DNA of 63,977 nt, the filler included, from Octopus bimaculoides (Eukaryota), in NCBI RefSeq assembly GCF_001194135.2. It is 4 parts of 4 records of this genome, joined end to end, with 100 filler letters (N's around TTAATTAATTAA, not from the genome) between each part and the next. Parts side by side here need not be neighbours in the genome. Positions count along the whole stretch, not along the records: positions 18,891 to 35,495 come from NC_068983.1; positions 35,596 to 62,380 come from NC_068982.1; 2 more parts are not named here. One strand, given 5' to 3'. Every line of letters starts with the position of its first letter. Positions within the stretch are counted from its first letter, which is position 1. The notes under the pieces were generated by a model. It made no database searches, was not told where the DNA came from, and was given only the letters and a program-made list of their open reading frames with translations. Of the stretch, positions 27,080 through 40,740 are shown in pieces. The position numbers were made by a program, and so were the translations under genes.

Positions 27080-28911
27080 GTAATTGAGCTAAATTGGAGA
27101 TCAAATAAATAGTGCATGTGTTTAATTATCAAAAAGATGATCATTCCCCAAATATAACAATATATGTTTCAACACACCATTCCACAACAAGAATGTTGCA
27201 AAACAAACACCTGTTCCATTATTCAATTTTGAATTTGTTTTACAATTATTTTGAGTTGAAACCACGTGTTGAAATCAATACCATTATTTGTTATTGATAA
27301 AGGTTATAAACATACTGCACTGTTGCTGCATGTCTATGATGTTTTATTATCAATGCCTGCATATGAAGACATTTTGACTGTTAACTGATCTTACTGCTGA
27401 ATTGATTTGGATATTGTCGAAATTAGTCCAGAGACTAATGCATTTCCATTTCCCCATCTCTATCCATTTCTCACTCTCTTTTCATATTCACATGAACTTA
27501 TTTACCTACCCATATCACTTACATTCATTTTCCTGTAACTGGAGGGCATGTACTGACACATCTTCACCACCATCTTTATTTTTCAAATGAGGTAATCGTA
27601 TATCATCCCTTGAGCAAGATATCTGTTCCTGTCCCCCTAGCATACTTTTGTCTCTCATCACTTGGCACTTCTTGCAGTACTTCTCACAATATTTCTCCTC
27701 TTCAGTTGAGGTGGAGTTTAGTTTTGCAAGTTACCTGGTGACCTCTCTAGCATTGGTGTCATGTATAATGCACCTAGTTCTCTATGCAAAGTCACTGATG
27801 TTTGGAACGGTATCCAGTCATAGAAACCATACCAAAGTAGACTTTGGAGTTTGGTGCAGTCTTTTGTGAAACCATCCAACTCATACCAGCATGGAAAACT
27901 GACATCAAATGATGATGATGATGATGAGTTCAATCTTTGATCAAAGGACTGGAATTCTGGTTTCTCCATATTTTCCAAGATTTAACGAGTTTCTCTTATG
28001 GAGAAAGGCTGAAATGTTGCATTTCTGCTTGAATATGAATCGCAAATCGACTTGAAATAACTCAATACATTTTCAGCAAAAGGGCAGTCTCAAGAAGGTC
28101 TTTATAATACCAAACCAGCCTGAGATCAACTTATGTAAAAAGAAAACTACTTCATCATTTTTGACTTCAAATCTTTTCTCAGCGATGTTTCTGCAATCAA
28201 TACTTGCAAGCAGACACAAGGTGCATACATGTTCACATTGATACATATCGCTGTAAATAAGCATCTGGTACGTGCACGTGCATACGTTCACACATACACA
28301 TTTATTGAATTTCATATTGATTCTCAGAAAACAGGTGATATGTCTTACTGAAGAGGATAAAAAGAAGAAAAACCATTATTTGAACGTGTTGACATATATT
28401 TAAGAGTATACGTATCGTTGAAGAGTAGCAGCTACTTCACTGTTATGGAGTGGAGTGCAAGACTACTAGATGAAGAGTTAATCGATGTCCCGTATCTTCT
28501 TACTGGTGCTGTGTCCATTGTAAATACACCTGATACTCAATAGTCCAGTTTTCCTAGTTCTGAATTGTTATAAATAAGAGCACTGTAATATTGATCAGTC
28601 TCTGGAGCTGAATAGCTTTTGCATGGAAGAGGAAGAAAGGGGATCCGTTTGCCTGACATTATCCCTTTCTATCTTCTGTGATGGTGGAGTCTTTATTGGT
28701 GTTGTTCCAATGAGTTAGGATTCTTCAATGCCCTCCTGTTGCCACCATCATTGCCATATGCTTCATCTCTCTCTCTCTCTCTCTTCATATGTGTGTGCGC
28801 ATGTTAAATATGTATTAAAATTTTATATGGCAAAGGTTAGTAGTTTATATATATATCCTCATATAAACACGGACATTATAATTGTGTGTGTATGTGTATG
28901 TATTTTTTTTT

Positions 28912-29099
28912 ACTAGTTTCAGCCGTTAGACTGTTGCCATGCTGGGGCACCATCTCGAAGGGTTTAATTGATCAAATCAGCAAAGTAACCCCAGCTCCTG
29001 TTTTACTTCTGGTACTTATTCTATTAGTTTCTTCCTTTTTTTGGTGAACTGCTAAGTTACTGTTATAAAGAGACCAACAAGAGTTACCAAGTGGTGAGA

Positions 29100-29150
<51 letters not shown>

Positions 29151-29310
29151 GCTGTTGTTCAATTTCCATCTGTCAGATTCACTCACGAGGCATTGATGTC
29201 AGCCTGGAATTATAGCAGAAAGCACTTGTCTTTGGTGCTGTGCTGTGGGTTTGAACCCAGAACCATGTAGTTGTGAAACAATCTTCTTAACCACCAACAT
29301 GCCTGTCCTT
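28912..29310 (-). mobile_element. SINE family A, diverged
   Basis: Reverse-complement match including the internal (CA)n. Confidence 0.7.
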
Positions 29311-29567
29311 ATATAGTTAAAATAAACTGAGCTGACAGAAATAAACCAAAGCAACCAGTATGTAAAATTGTCAACAAAGATGAAGGACAGCTTTGTAAGA
29401 ACCATACCAGATAGTCTTGAATTATTGATATTATTTTCACTTCAAGAGAAGATTATGAAACAGCAGTTGACAATTGCAACTGGTTTTGGATGAGAAGGGG
29501 AAATAAGCTATAAGAAATCAGTAATCCCCTGAGATTGTATATAGACCAAAGAATATACAAGATTATA

Positions 29568-29965
29568 TACTCTTTTGCTCTTGTTTCAGTCATTTGACTG
29601 CGGCCATGCTAGAGCATTGCCTTTAATCAAGCAAATCGACCCCAGGACTTTTTCTTTGTAAACCTAGCACTTATTCTGTCAGTCTGTTTTGCCGAACCGC
29701 TAAGTTACGGGGACGTAAACACACCAGCATTGGTTGTCAAGCGATGTTGCGGGACAAACACAGACACACAAATATACATATACATATATACATATACATA
29801 TATACGACGGGCTTCTTTCAGTTTCCGTCTACCAAATCCACTGACAAGGCTTTAGTTGGTCCGAGGCTAAAGTAGAAGACACTTGCCCAAGGTGCCACAC
29901 AGTGGGCCTGAACCTGGAACCATGTGGTTGTTAAGCAAGCTACTTACCACACAGCCACTCCTGCT
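29568..29965 (-). mobile_element. SINE family A, full length
   Basis: Reverse-complement match to the consensus over its whole length. Confidence 0.88.
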
Positions 29966-30808
29966 AAAAAGCACCAGTGTTGATGCCACATAAAAGGCAG
30001 CAGTGCTGGTGCCACATAAAAAGCACTGATGCTGGTGCCACATAAAAATTACCCAAATGCATTTTGTAAAGGGGTTGGTACTAGGAAGAGCATTCAGATG
30101 TAAAAACCACTTCAAAGCAGACAATGGAGCTTTTTGTGGTTCCTAGTCTTACCAGCTCTTGTCAAACGATCCTATCCATGCCAGCATGGGAAATGGATGT
30201 CAGATGATGGTGATATAAGATCACTTTGCCACCCTGTGATTTCCGGCACCCTGGACAATTAATGAATTTAAAAATTCTGGTATAGCTTTCCTAAGGATCT
30301 GATAAATACAGCTCCTTAGTAGGTCTGCTGAGATACCTCTCAACCTCTTACACTGGTCAAGTATTGTTAGTTTTATTACTTTTTTATCTCCCTTGAAATG
30401 TTCTGTATCACAAGCAGTATGGTATGGCTTTGATAACGATAGCCTGGGTTTAATTTCTCTATCTCTGTAGAATCTTAGTTGATCAAGTATAGGATTACAG
30501 CATCACACAATTCTAGAATTTATCAATCTGTCCGATAATTGTGCAAACTGGTTAAAGAAAATTCTTCACTCTTTTTTGCTTTCTTCTGTTTGTCTGTCTA
30601 TCTCTCTCTCCATANNNNNNNNNNNNNNNNNNNNNNNNNNNNNNNNNNNNNNNNNNNNNNNNNNNNNNNNNNNNNNNNNNNNNNNNNNNNNNNNNNNNNN
30701 NNNNNNNNNNNNNNNNNNNNNNNNNNNNNNNNNNNNNNNNNNNNNNNNNNNNNNNNNNNNNNNNNNNNNNNNNNNNNNNNNNNNNNNNNNNNNNNNNNNN
30801 NNNNNNNN

Positions 30809-30841
<33 letters not shown>

Positions 30842-30971
30842 GTACAAGTTTATAGATGTATGTTTGTACATATGAACATTTGTGTTTGTCTGTGTATGTA
30901 TACATGCACACAGTGGCAATCCCTTGTGGCTGAAGAAATGGCCATCTGCTAATAGTTCACAGTGTGCATTG

Positions 30972-31003
<32 letters not shown>

Positions 31004-31009
31004 TGTATA

Positions 31010-31397
31010 TATTCTTTTATTCTTTTCAGTCATTTGACTGCAGCTATGCTGGAGCACCACCTTTAGTCGAGCAAATCGACCCCAGTACTTATTCTTTGTA
31101 ATTCTAGTACTTATTCTGTCGGTCTCTTTTGCTGAACTGCTAAGTTACAGAGACATAAACACACCAGCATCAGTTGTCAAGCGATGTTGTGGGGGGACAA
31201 ACAGAGACACACAAACATACACACACATACATATATACATATACACAATGGGCTTCTTTCAGTTTCCATCTACCAAATCCACTCACAAGGCTTTGGTCAG
31301 CCTGAGGCTATAGTAGTAGACATTTGCCCAAGGTGCCACACAGTGGGACTGAACCTAGTACCATGTGGCTGGTAAGCAAGCTACTTACCACACACCT
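31010..31397 (-). mobile_element. SINE family A, full length
   Basis: Reverse-complement match. A further 5' half lies at about 34088-34260 (+). Confidence 0.85.
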
Positions 31398-31690
31398 ATA
31401 TATAAAATGCCATTCTTTGATAAAGAGAAGGAAATTGATGGTAGATAGATTGCTAATGGTGTGAACCACATGATGTAATAAGCAGGACCTATACAATATA
31501 GTAGTGTGTTGGTGTTTGTAGTATGTTGGGGGTGGTGAGTTAAGGTTTGATAATCAGCTGGTTGGCCAGTTTTGGGATATTATCAAGAATGCTAGCATTT
31601 CACATTGTGTTTTGTCCCAGATACATGCTGAGGTGTGCATGGCACAGGTTTCACATTGCAGTTATCACATGTGCAGGTACACACACACAT

Positions 31691-31747
<57 letters not shown>

Positions 31748-31877
31748 CTGTTGATAGAACAGATCTGAATCCAAGTGTTAAACAAGACAACTGTGAGACC
31801 CAGATGTGGAGCATGCTCCCTGTAGCTAAGTCAAAGGTTGTTTTAGAAACAGAGAATTATTGTATATGTTCTTAATG

Positions 31878-32175
31878 AGGTACATGGCTCAATGGTTAGA
31901 ACATTGGGCTTACAATAGTGAGGTTGTGGGTTCGATTTCTAGATTGGGTTGTATTGTGTTCTTGAGCAAGACACTTAATTTCACATTATTCCAATTCACT
32001 CAGCTGTAGAAATGAGTTGCGATGTCACTTGTGCCAAGCTGTATCGGCCCCTTTGCTTTCCCTTGGACAACATTGGTGGAGAGGGGAGACTGGTATGCAT
32101 GGACAACTGCTGGTCTTCCACAAACAACCTTGGAGGGGAACTTTCTAGGTGCAATCCCATGGTCATTTGTCACCG
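31878..32175 (+). mobile_element. SINE with family G-like head and a different 3' body
   Basis: Head and CORE-like segment as at 16851. The tail GAGGGGAACTTTCTAGGTGCAATCCCATGGTCATT recurs inverted at about 52110-52160. Confidence 0.65.
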
Positions 32176-33349
32176 AAGGGATCTTTTTTTTATGTTCTAG
32201 AAGATTTAAATTCCATGGTTGTTTTCTTGTAAATTATAGAATTTAGATTATCAAATTCAATTATGATTTAAATGATTATCATTATCATCATTTTACATTG
32301 CTTTCCATGTTGGTATAAGGTGGAAGGGTTGTCATGGTCTGTGAGATGTTCCATTGGGTGCTACGGTTCGAAAAGGCAAGGTGTTTTGCTGTCACTTGTC
32401 TTCGTTTCTTTGGTTAAACACCTTTCCTAATGCCAGCTACTTCAGTGTTCTGGGTGCATTTTCTTGTGGCCTCAGCTCTAAAGAGGTCAAATAGTCTTTG
32501 ATGAGACTGAGCTGAAGGGCTTCATACTCCTACAATTTCTCTGCTCATCTATGCAACCACCCTGCAGTGTGAATAATAGGGTGGGCTGGGATTATGCCCA
32601 GTAAATGTAAATTTGGTAAGGAACCAATGATGCCAGCAAAACCAGAATTGGTTATTAGGGAGGTGGGGTAGGGGAGTAAATGTAGGTATAGAGGGTACTC
32701 AATAAATTATCATCATCGTTTAATGTCTGTCTTTCATGCTAGCATGGGTGGGACGGTACCACAAGAGCTGGCCAGGCAGAAGCCTGCACCAGACTTCTGT
32801 GACTGTTTTGGCAAGACTTTTACAGCCAGATGCCCTTCCTAATGCCAACCATTCAGCACAGTGGACTTGGTGCTTTTTACGTGACACAAATACAGGCGAG
32901 GTCAGTTTTGACAAGGTTTTTACAGTTGGGTGCCCTTTTGAACACCAACCACTTTACAGTGTGGACTGGGTGCTTTTAAGTGGCACCTGCACTGACAAGG
33001 TCACCAAGTACTTGCAAGACATAGAAAAAAGAAACAACTTTAGTGTGTATATATTTGCACAAGTGATTGGAAAAGGGTTTAAAGAAAGAACACTTATGTC
33101 AGAAGGACCAGAATTGGTGGGAGGGTGGAAGGAACAGGATCATGCTGGGAAGCGAACAGGAATATGTAGGGGTGATCAGGGAGAGACTGAGTGTTTAGCA
33201 ATAGGAGATGAACAAAGACATGGCTGGTGAGATAGGGGTGAGTATGTAAGGGTGGTAGTAGAGATGGTTCAGAGGAGAGAGGGAGTGTTGGCTGTCAACA
33301 CAGCTCAATGAAGTTAGAATATATTGGATGGAGTTGGGTAGACTGTATT

Positions 33350-33515
33350 TACTGTATTTTAACGTATATAAGGAACCCCCTAATTTTAGGGGCTTAAAAT
33401 ATGGAAAAAAGGTTTTGTAAGGGATTATAATACTATCCATATATAAGAAACCCCCATTTTTTTTAAACCTAAATTTTGACAAAAAAGGGTTCCTTATACC
33501 AGTTAAAATATGGTA
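33350..33515. mobile_element. Tc1/pogo-type MITE with TA TSD
   Basis: TIRs TACTGTATTTTAACGTATATAAGGAACCC and GGGTTCCTTATACCAGTTAAAATATGGTA, flanked by TA. Confidence 0.75.
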
Positions 33516-36500
33516 AGTCTGCTGAAGGATAGATGTATCTGTTGATGTGTTTATGTATTAGAGCTTCTGTTATTCCATTCATAAAATATTTCATATTCTT
33601 ATTTTATCTCATAAGTAACAGATCTGAATACAGTTTACTAGTAATATTATATCACGTAGATAAAAACTTATCATTTTAAATGCATCATAAACAGTAGCAA
33701 ATCCATCAATGTTAATGCCACTCTGGTGTGTATGACCATTTAACATTCTTTTGTTTTGCTTAAACCATTTTAACCAACTGCATTCATGTTTCACCTTTGC
33801 TTCATCTGAAGAATGTTTATGAAATATCATGATCATTCCATAAATATCAATTTTTTTAGAAAATAAACAAGAAAAAAGACCCTCCTTTCACTCTACATAT
33901 TTTGTGTATTAAGTACTTCATTTTCCACACTTGATAGTTCTGTTCCCACCAACAAATTTTTATTCAGTGTGTGTGCGTTGTGTGTTGTGTGCGTGTGTGT
34001 GTGTGTGCGTGTGTGTGTGTATGTGTGTGTGCGTGCATGCATGTGTGTATTTTCATATATGTGTGTGTGTGTGTATATGTGTAGATGTAGGCATAACTGG
34101 GTGGTTTAGAAGTTCACTTTCTGACCATGTGGCTTTGGGTTCAATTCCACTGGTCAGCACCTTGGAGAAGTGTCTAGGCTGACCAAAGCTTTCTGAATGG
34201 ATTTGATGGACAAGAAAACTGAAAGAAGCCTATCACACGTGCGTGCATGCATATGTGTATCTGTTTGTTTATACTTGTGCTTCTTTGAAAATCCCGAGCT
34301 ACAAATGATGTTGTTGTTGTCATTTTCCTATCAACAAATTGTCTGCTGGATTTGCAGCTTTAAAGACATGTGAAATATGAAAAATCTTAATTGGAAAACA
34401 GGTAAGGGTTAGTGAAGGGTAGAGTACCCAACTGTAAAACAACACCTCAATAATCTATTTGCCTAATCCTTGCTAGTATGGAAAAAATATAAATAAAAAT
34501 GAATGAATGAATGAATGCATTCTTGTACAATTTTTGCAACAAGTAACAACACTTTTTTGCAAAATCTTATTTGATAAGGAGAGTCTTTCCTGAAATATTG
34601 AAGCATTAAACATCTTGGGTAAAGTAACACAACATGTCTTTCTTTTTATTTATGGTATTCCTTTGATATAACTCGACAAAATCAAAAGATTTCACTTCGG
34701 GTATTTCTGTGGAATCAAATGATAGTTGCCGAAATGGGAGGAGAAGAAAGATAATGGGTTGTAAGTGCATACATGCTTGTTCACTTATTCTTGTCTGTGT
34801 GTGTGTGATTTGACTGAGAGTTGGCGTACCAGATGGCTACACCAGGCTCCAATCTGATTTGGCAGAGTTTCTACAGCTGGATGCCCTTCCTAATGCCAAC
34901 CACTCTGAGAGTGTAGTGGGTGCTTTTACGTGCCACTGGCACGAAGGCCAGTCAGGTGGTACTGGCAACGGCCACGCTCAAAATGGTGTATTTTACATGC
35001 CACCTGCACGCACGATCTCGCTCGAATGTCTTATGAATTTTGCTTGTAAAGTATTTTCAAATAATCTGAGATGCAAATTTGAGTTCCTTTAGCTGGATGA
35101 AAGCACTTTAACTATGGCGAGATGTCAGCTGATGACTGTGTAATCTGGTAACTTTATCATTAATCTTATTGCCTCATGGCCTATCAGTTATTGTTCCTCT
35201 GTAAAGGGTTAGTCATAAAAGTGAATAAGGCGGACCTCCTTGAGATAGGAAGTAATTCTTATAAGTTGCAGATTTCCTTTTAATTTTTCTATTTGTGAAT
35301 GTAGTGGGGTGTGTGTGTGTGTGTGTATATAATCAGTATGTGTGTGTGTGTATGTGTCACCAATTTTGTAAGTAGTTATCTCAACTTTATATTTTCTGAC
35401 GCTACTCTATCTCTTTCTCTTTCTCTATCATTTTTCCCCCTCTCGTTCTTCCTCTGTTTACTACTACGTATCTCTCTTTACCCCTCTCGTTCTTCNNNNN
35501 NNNNNNNNNNNNNNNNNNNNNNNNNNNNNNNNNNNNNNNTTAATTAATTAANNNNNNNNNNNNNNNNNNNNNNNNNNNNNNNNNNNNNNNNNNNNTGTGT
35601 GTGTGTATGTAGGCATATGTTTGTCGGTATATTTAAAAGGAAAAAAAAAAGTCATTGAACATACGAATTTTAAATTTTATATAAAGACAATCGTACATTT
35701 TTAAAAAGATCATAGAACTCATACATTTTGTTTATTTGTTTGTCCTGTATTGTACACATCTTTGTATCCGATCCATAGTGATCATAATAAAAATTTATCG
35801 AGTGTACGTTACAGATGTAACATGACGGATGAAACTAGTAGTGCATGCATATCTCTGAAAGTTACGAAGTATAAATCCGATATAAAATGGCTGTCATCGG
35901 TGATACAGCAGCAGAAGTCTCACTGATAATACTGTGTATACATGTCTATCGAAAGGAGTCAGCAAGTTTTCTGTCAAACTGATACTTCATCTGACCGATG
36001 TTTTCTTTTTTAAGTGGCAAAGGTTGTCTGCAAGTTTTCTGCCAGACTGATATATTATCTGATGTTTTCTTTTGAAAGTGGCAAAGGTTCATTGTTGTTT
36101 AGATGTAACTTTGAAGGTGAACAAATACATTTTCCATCATTATATACTGTTTTACTACTCTGAGATGATTTTTTTTTATCATTTATAAAAAAAAGTTCTT
36201 AACATACACTTTCTTAAGAGATATCAAGTAGCCTAATATGTTCTCCAAAAAATTTGGTTGGCATGTGGAAGAATTTTGTGTGAGAGATTTTGCCAGTTTT
36301 GGCACACACTCTCGAAAAGGTTGCCCAACCCTGGACTAGACTGTAGCCACTCTCCACAAAAACAGCAAAGCAACAACAACAACAACGTGGTCTTGTGCCT
36401 ATATTAGAAACCAGTATTCTATTACCTTTTGAAATGGAAGAATAACCTTCTTTGCGCGAAAAAAAATAACTCACTGTCATTTAACACCGAAATAATGCAA

Positions 36501-36744
36501 TGGAATGCGTTATAGCATATTTTGGTATGATTTTAGAATAACTTGGTTCTAAATAGGATTTTTTTATATTTCTATAAACATAGTTCACCAGTATCATATT
36601 GGTTCAAAGCCCCAAAATGGATTCAGACTCAGGACCAAATCTTTTTGATAACAAACTAGAACTTGTACAGTAGTTGAAAGGCACAATAGAAATACAGGTT
36701 TAGTTAATTTTGTAAAGCGTCATTCTTTTCAACGATAAGCTGTT

Positions 36745-37090
36745 TTTTCAGGTCAGGTCAGTTGGGGGTGGGGGTGGCAGGTACCGTTGCAGCAGGTTGC
36801 TGCATTCACTATTTGTTGTTCGGTATATCCCCGCTCCTCCCGGACGACCCGTCGAGCAGTGTCCCAGTCAGTTCCCATCTCCATGAGACACCTCCTCAAT
36901 TGCCGTGACCAATCGACTAATACGAGGAGGCGTCAACCCAGCCGGATCCTCAGTGAAGAGCAGGATCTATCTCGAACATTTGAGCAATATGGCCAAACAG
37001 TCTGAGGTGGAACTCCCGAATTATACGAGTAACAAGACGCATCAGAGTAGAGTCGTTGGTTGGATATGAAATACGTATCCAGCCAACGAC
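36745..37090 (-). mobile_element. Degenerate RTE-type LINE 3' fragment with (ACCTG)n tail
   Basis: The minus translation IIREFHLRLFGHIAQMFEIDPA...WSRQLRRCLMEMG...VNAATCC resembles the RTE C-terminus (LRLFGHVAR). It ends in acctgacctgacctga. Confidence 0.7.
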
Positions 37091-37211
37091 TGTTTTTTCA
37101 ATTTTTAAAAATTTACTTTTCGTGATATTACATGATAGAGTGTATTTCACTCTATCATTGTTCATAGGTAAAGCATGTGCATAGCAGTATCTTAATTTCC
37201 TCTTATAAAAA

Positions 37212-37425
37212 GGTGGCAAGGTGGCACAATCGCTAGCATGCCAGGGGAAATGTATTGCGTCATTTCATCCATTTTCACGTTCTGAATTAAAATTCTGCTG
37301 AGGTCGACTTCGCCTTTCATCGTTTCAAAGTTGATAAAATAAGTACCATTTGATTACTGGGATCGATGTAATCGACTTCCCGCCCGTCCGAAATTGCTGA
37401 CTTTGTGCCAAAATTTAAAACCATT
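37212..37425 (+). mobile_element. SINE family C
   Basis: Consensus match. More degenerate copies lie at about 37960-38160, 38405-38460, 41170-41300 and 42495-42610. Confidence 0.75.
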
Positions 37426-39289
37426 GAACTTTTATGCATAGTGCATAACCGTATAAAATAAAAAAAGAGGAATCTGTTGCTCATTGTTCGCCGTCACCCA
37501 TATTGAGCTGGTCAATGAAGATATATTTCGTTGGTTGCATGAATAATAACTGAAGCAAACTCGCGTACATTTAATTGAAATATTTATTGCTGGACATAAC
37601 GATATTTGGTGTTGGCGATAGAAAGCTACCTGTGTGACAACATGCGGTCAGTCAAAAAATATACGAAGTCAACTGCACAAATCTCCGTGGCAAGGTTCGT
37701 TGGCTGCTTAGCAGGCAGGAGTGGAGGTGAGTGAAATACTTAACCGCCTTCAACACTCAGCGATTAGAAAAACGTCAAAAACGGTTTTTATTGGGGACAA
37801 GTGGTTTTATTCTAGAATAATCGAGGAAACCATATCACGCCACAGCCTCACACTGATTGGTCGAGTTATGGATTGATCAGATGAAACTAAGGTGGTTCAT
37901 TCGTGGTGTCTGACCAAATATCAAGCGGTTAGGTATCGAATCACTGCTACAAATCAATTTTCAGAAAGTTTTATGCCTTTGGTCTTGTACGAATGTGAAA
38001 TACCGACGATTGTTACGACCTGAGTTCAAATCTCGCTGAGCTCAACTTTGCGTTGCGAGGTCGGTACAATGAAGCACTAGGAGAGTACTGAGGTTGATTT
38101 ACTCAACTATAGCCCTTTTCCCAACAAAAGCTGTGGTCTTTTTCCTAAATCAAAGATTAATCTTTTGTTTGTTTTATGATTCTACTGTCTAATTTCAACT
38201 CACGATTTTAACTATTTTAGTTGAATTTCTACAATCTTTGAAACGGTATGAACGTCACACAGAACCTAATTTTCCCAATCTTTTATAATTTCTTGAAAGA
38301 AATTACAGTTTTGTTTATTATAGATACTTTAAATGCCACTTAATTAGAAACTACTTCTTCACTCTACATACTATTAACTTTTGAAATAGAACAACCTAAT
38401 TTAGGATATGCCAGGTACTTACTACATCAACCTCGAAGGGATGAGGGCCAAAGCTGATGTTAAAAAGATATGAAATCAAGTTTTAAAATGCTGATATGTA
38501 TTTAGTCCGATGTACTATTTCTACCAACACACTACACTTATTATTAATTCTGACAATCCATCGGTTCAGCCGATGTCATCCTTCGTAATTTTTATAAAAG
38601 TTGGGAATGAAATTTTTCCAATATATATTTCCCTTTTTAAAGTATCAGGGGCAAGTTTGATGAAAATTTATCTGCTAGTTTTAGCAGAGATGTATTCTTG
38701 AATGTGTAATTTCTCGGATGGAGTAACCATTAGATCACTCATTTTTATAAACTCGACTTGCTATCCTCTCCATAAAATATATACTCCCGTCTATATTCCC
38801 TCGATATAAATGTACAACTATTTCAGTCTAAAAGTAACACCTAATAAATGTACAATTATTTCAATTCTTGTCTAAAAGTAATACCTATCGAATCTCTTAT
38901 TAGTAATATCAAATGCAGTCATTACACGTAGCAGCATAAAATCAAAAACACGCGTACGAGACGAAATACTAAAAATTATGTACAATACCTCTAAAACATT
39001 TGCAACATTCGTCGAAAACGTAATAAAGAAACAAATCAACGTATTAATATCTAAAAATTGTCTCTGGTACCATAAAGAATCCAAGATGGACGTACAAGTT
39101 GGATATTTGAATGGAACCTTGAGGATCAGAAGCTGTTATAGTACATTGCAAATTAATCAGATAGCTTCTTTTTTATGTACTCTACAAAGTTATTTTTTTT
39201 TACTTGCTGAATTTGAAGGAAGGGGCAGCACCCATGGCCTTCACAGGCTTCTTAAGATTGGTGAGACTAATGCCATTTATGTTTCTCTT

Positions 39290-40740
39290 GGACCTTGGTA
39301 AATACTCGCGAGGAAGACAATAGCAGGAAGAGAAATCCAGAGGGCTGACGTTCTGGTTAAGCAAGTCTTGGTGTAGTGATTAGTGAGGGTGTTGGTGGGG
39401 AGGCAGAAAAAGGGTGGTGAGAGGAAGAGACACAAGTGGGAATACCTAAGTGAAGATGGTATGAGCCCAGCCAGATTTTAGGAGCAGAGGTCGTTATAGT
39501 AGTGGTAAGAAAGAGGTGTGTCTGTTGGCCAGAACGTAGACTGTTTCTTTGAATGACTATGTCGATCAGTCGGCCTGTTTCTGGATTCAATCCAGATCGT
39601 CTGTATATGCGGCGGAGGCAACAGCAGCAGTAATGTAGGTCTCTTCTGAGCTTTCTCGAGTATCAATAATTGTAGGGTGGTGGTGAAAGAAAAGGGCCAG
39701 TTGCTGGGACATGGTTCTAGCTATCATAAGGGTGTGTTTTCTTCTTGAAAAAGACAATTATAGGAGGATGCTTGTTCATGAAATCAGTACGGGTTTGGTT
39801 AATGTTGTGTCAGTTGGAGATGTATGGATGAGGACGGTCTGGCAAGAATGAAAGGTGATGTCATCTGTGTAAAAATGGGGTTGTTGGATATGACAGTAAA
39901 TCATTGGCGACTTCTTGATACAATATTTCAACAACCGTGTAATATTGACTACGAACTGGTATTCTTATCTTTCTTGTGTCAATGAACTTATTCCTCACTT
40001 CGATGGCTATAGACTTTTTCACTGTCTTTTCTTCATTTCCATCCTTATATGTACTTAAAACGCGCATACATCTATGCCTATACACACACATACATTTTGT
40101 TCTCATGACGGGCTGTCTATTATTCTGTATACATGACGCACACACAGACACGCATGTTAACTTATCAATAAATGTTCTCTCAATCATTCTTACGCGGTTG
40201 TGTCTCTCTTTCCATCTGGCATTCATTTGTACTATTCAATTTCTCTCTATTGTATCGGCCGTGCGATGTGGTACAAAAGAGCCATTCTCGCCACCTCACA
40301 TCGCGCGGTCCTCACAGCTCTATCAACACAGGGAGTTACTGGCTCAAGAGATGAGAGACAGGAGGAGCCCATTGGAAGAGTGGCATGCTAGATACAGCTA
40401 AAAGCTTTGATGATGTTGTGGGGATCATCATTGCTTTCGACAAACTTCTTCAAAGTGAGGGACTACTGGCAGGCGACACAAGAGCGTACGGCCAGTAGAT
40501 CTGGCTCAACGGAAACCATTCCGATGTTTGTCAAGGACAAACAGAGAGAGAAGTTGAGGTAGAGAGAGGGAGTGAGGTGGGGGTAGAGCGTTTCTAGGTG
40601 TTGGAGGAAGTTGTTATTAATGGCTATCTCTAGTAAGCGAAAGACCATCAAGTTAGCAATGGATGTAGTAGAACTTACTTTAAGATAACCGAAAATCAAG
40701 AAATGCGAGCCATGGAAGCGCTACCTAGATACAAGCCGGG
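39290..40740 (-). pseudogene. Decayed CR1/L2-like LINE reverse transcriptase remnant
   Basis: Frameshifted motifs on the minus strand appear in the correct order: NNNFLQHLE, IIKAFSCI*H (DISKAFDRVWH), NDLLS..HFYTDD (YADD), YYNDLCS, RTSALWISLPAIVF. Confidence 0.7.

Noticed and set aside
34600-34780. Minus-strand exon EIPEVKSFDFVELYQRN...
   Set aside because: Good acceptor-like tract, but no convincing donor before the stop and no homology recognised.
39861-40401. 121-aa and 141-aa ORFs as genes
   Set aside because: They lie inside the decayed CR1-like element. There is no independent protein family signal.
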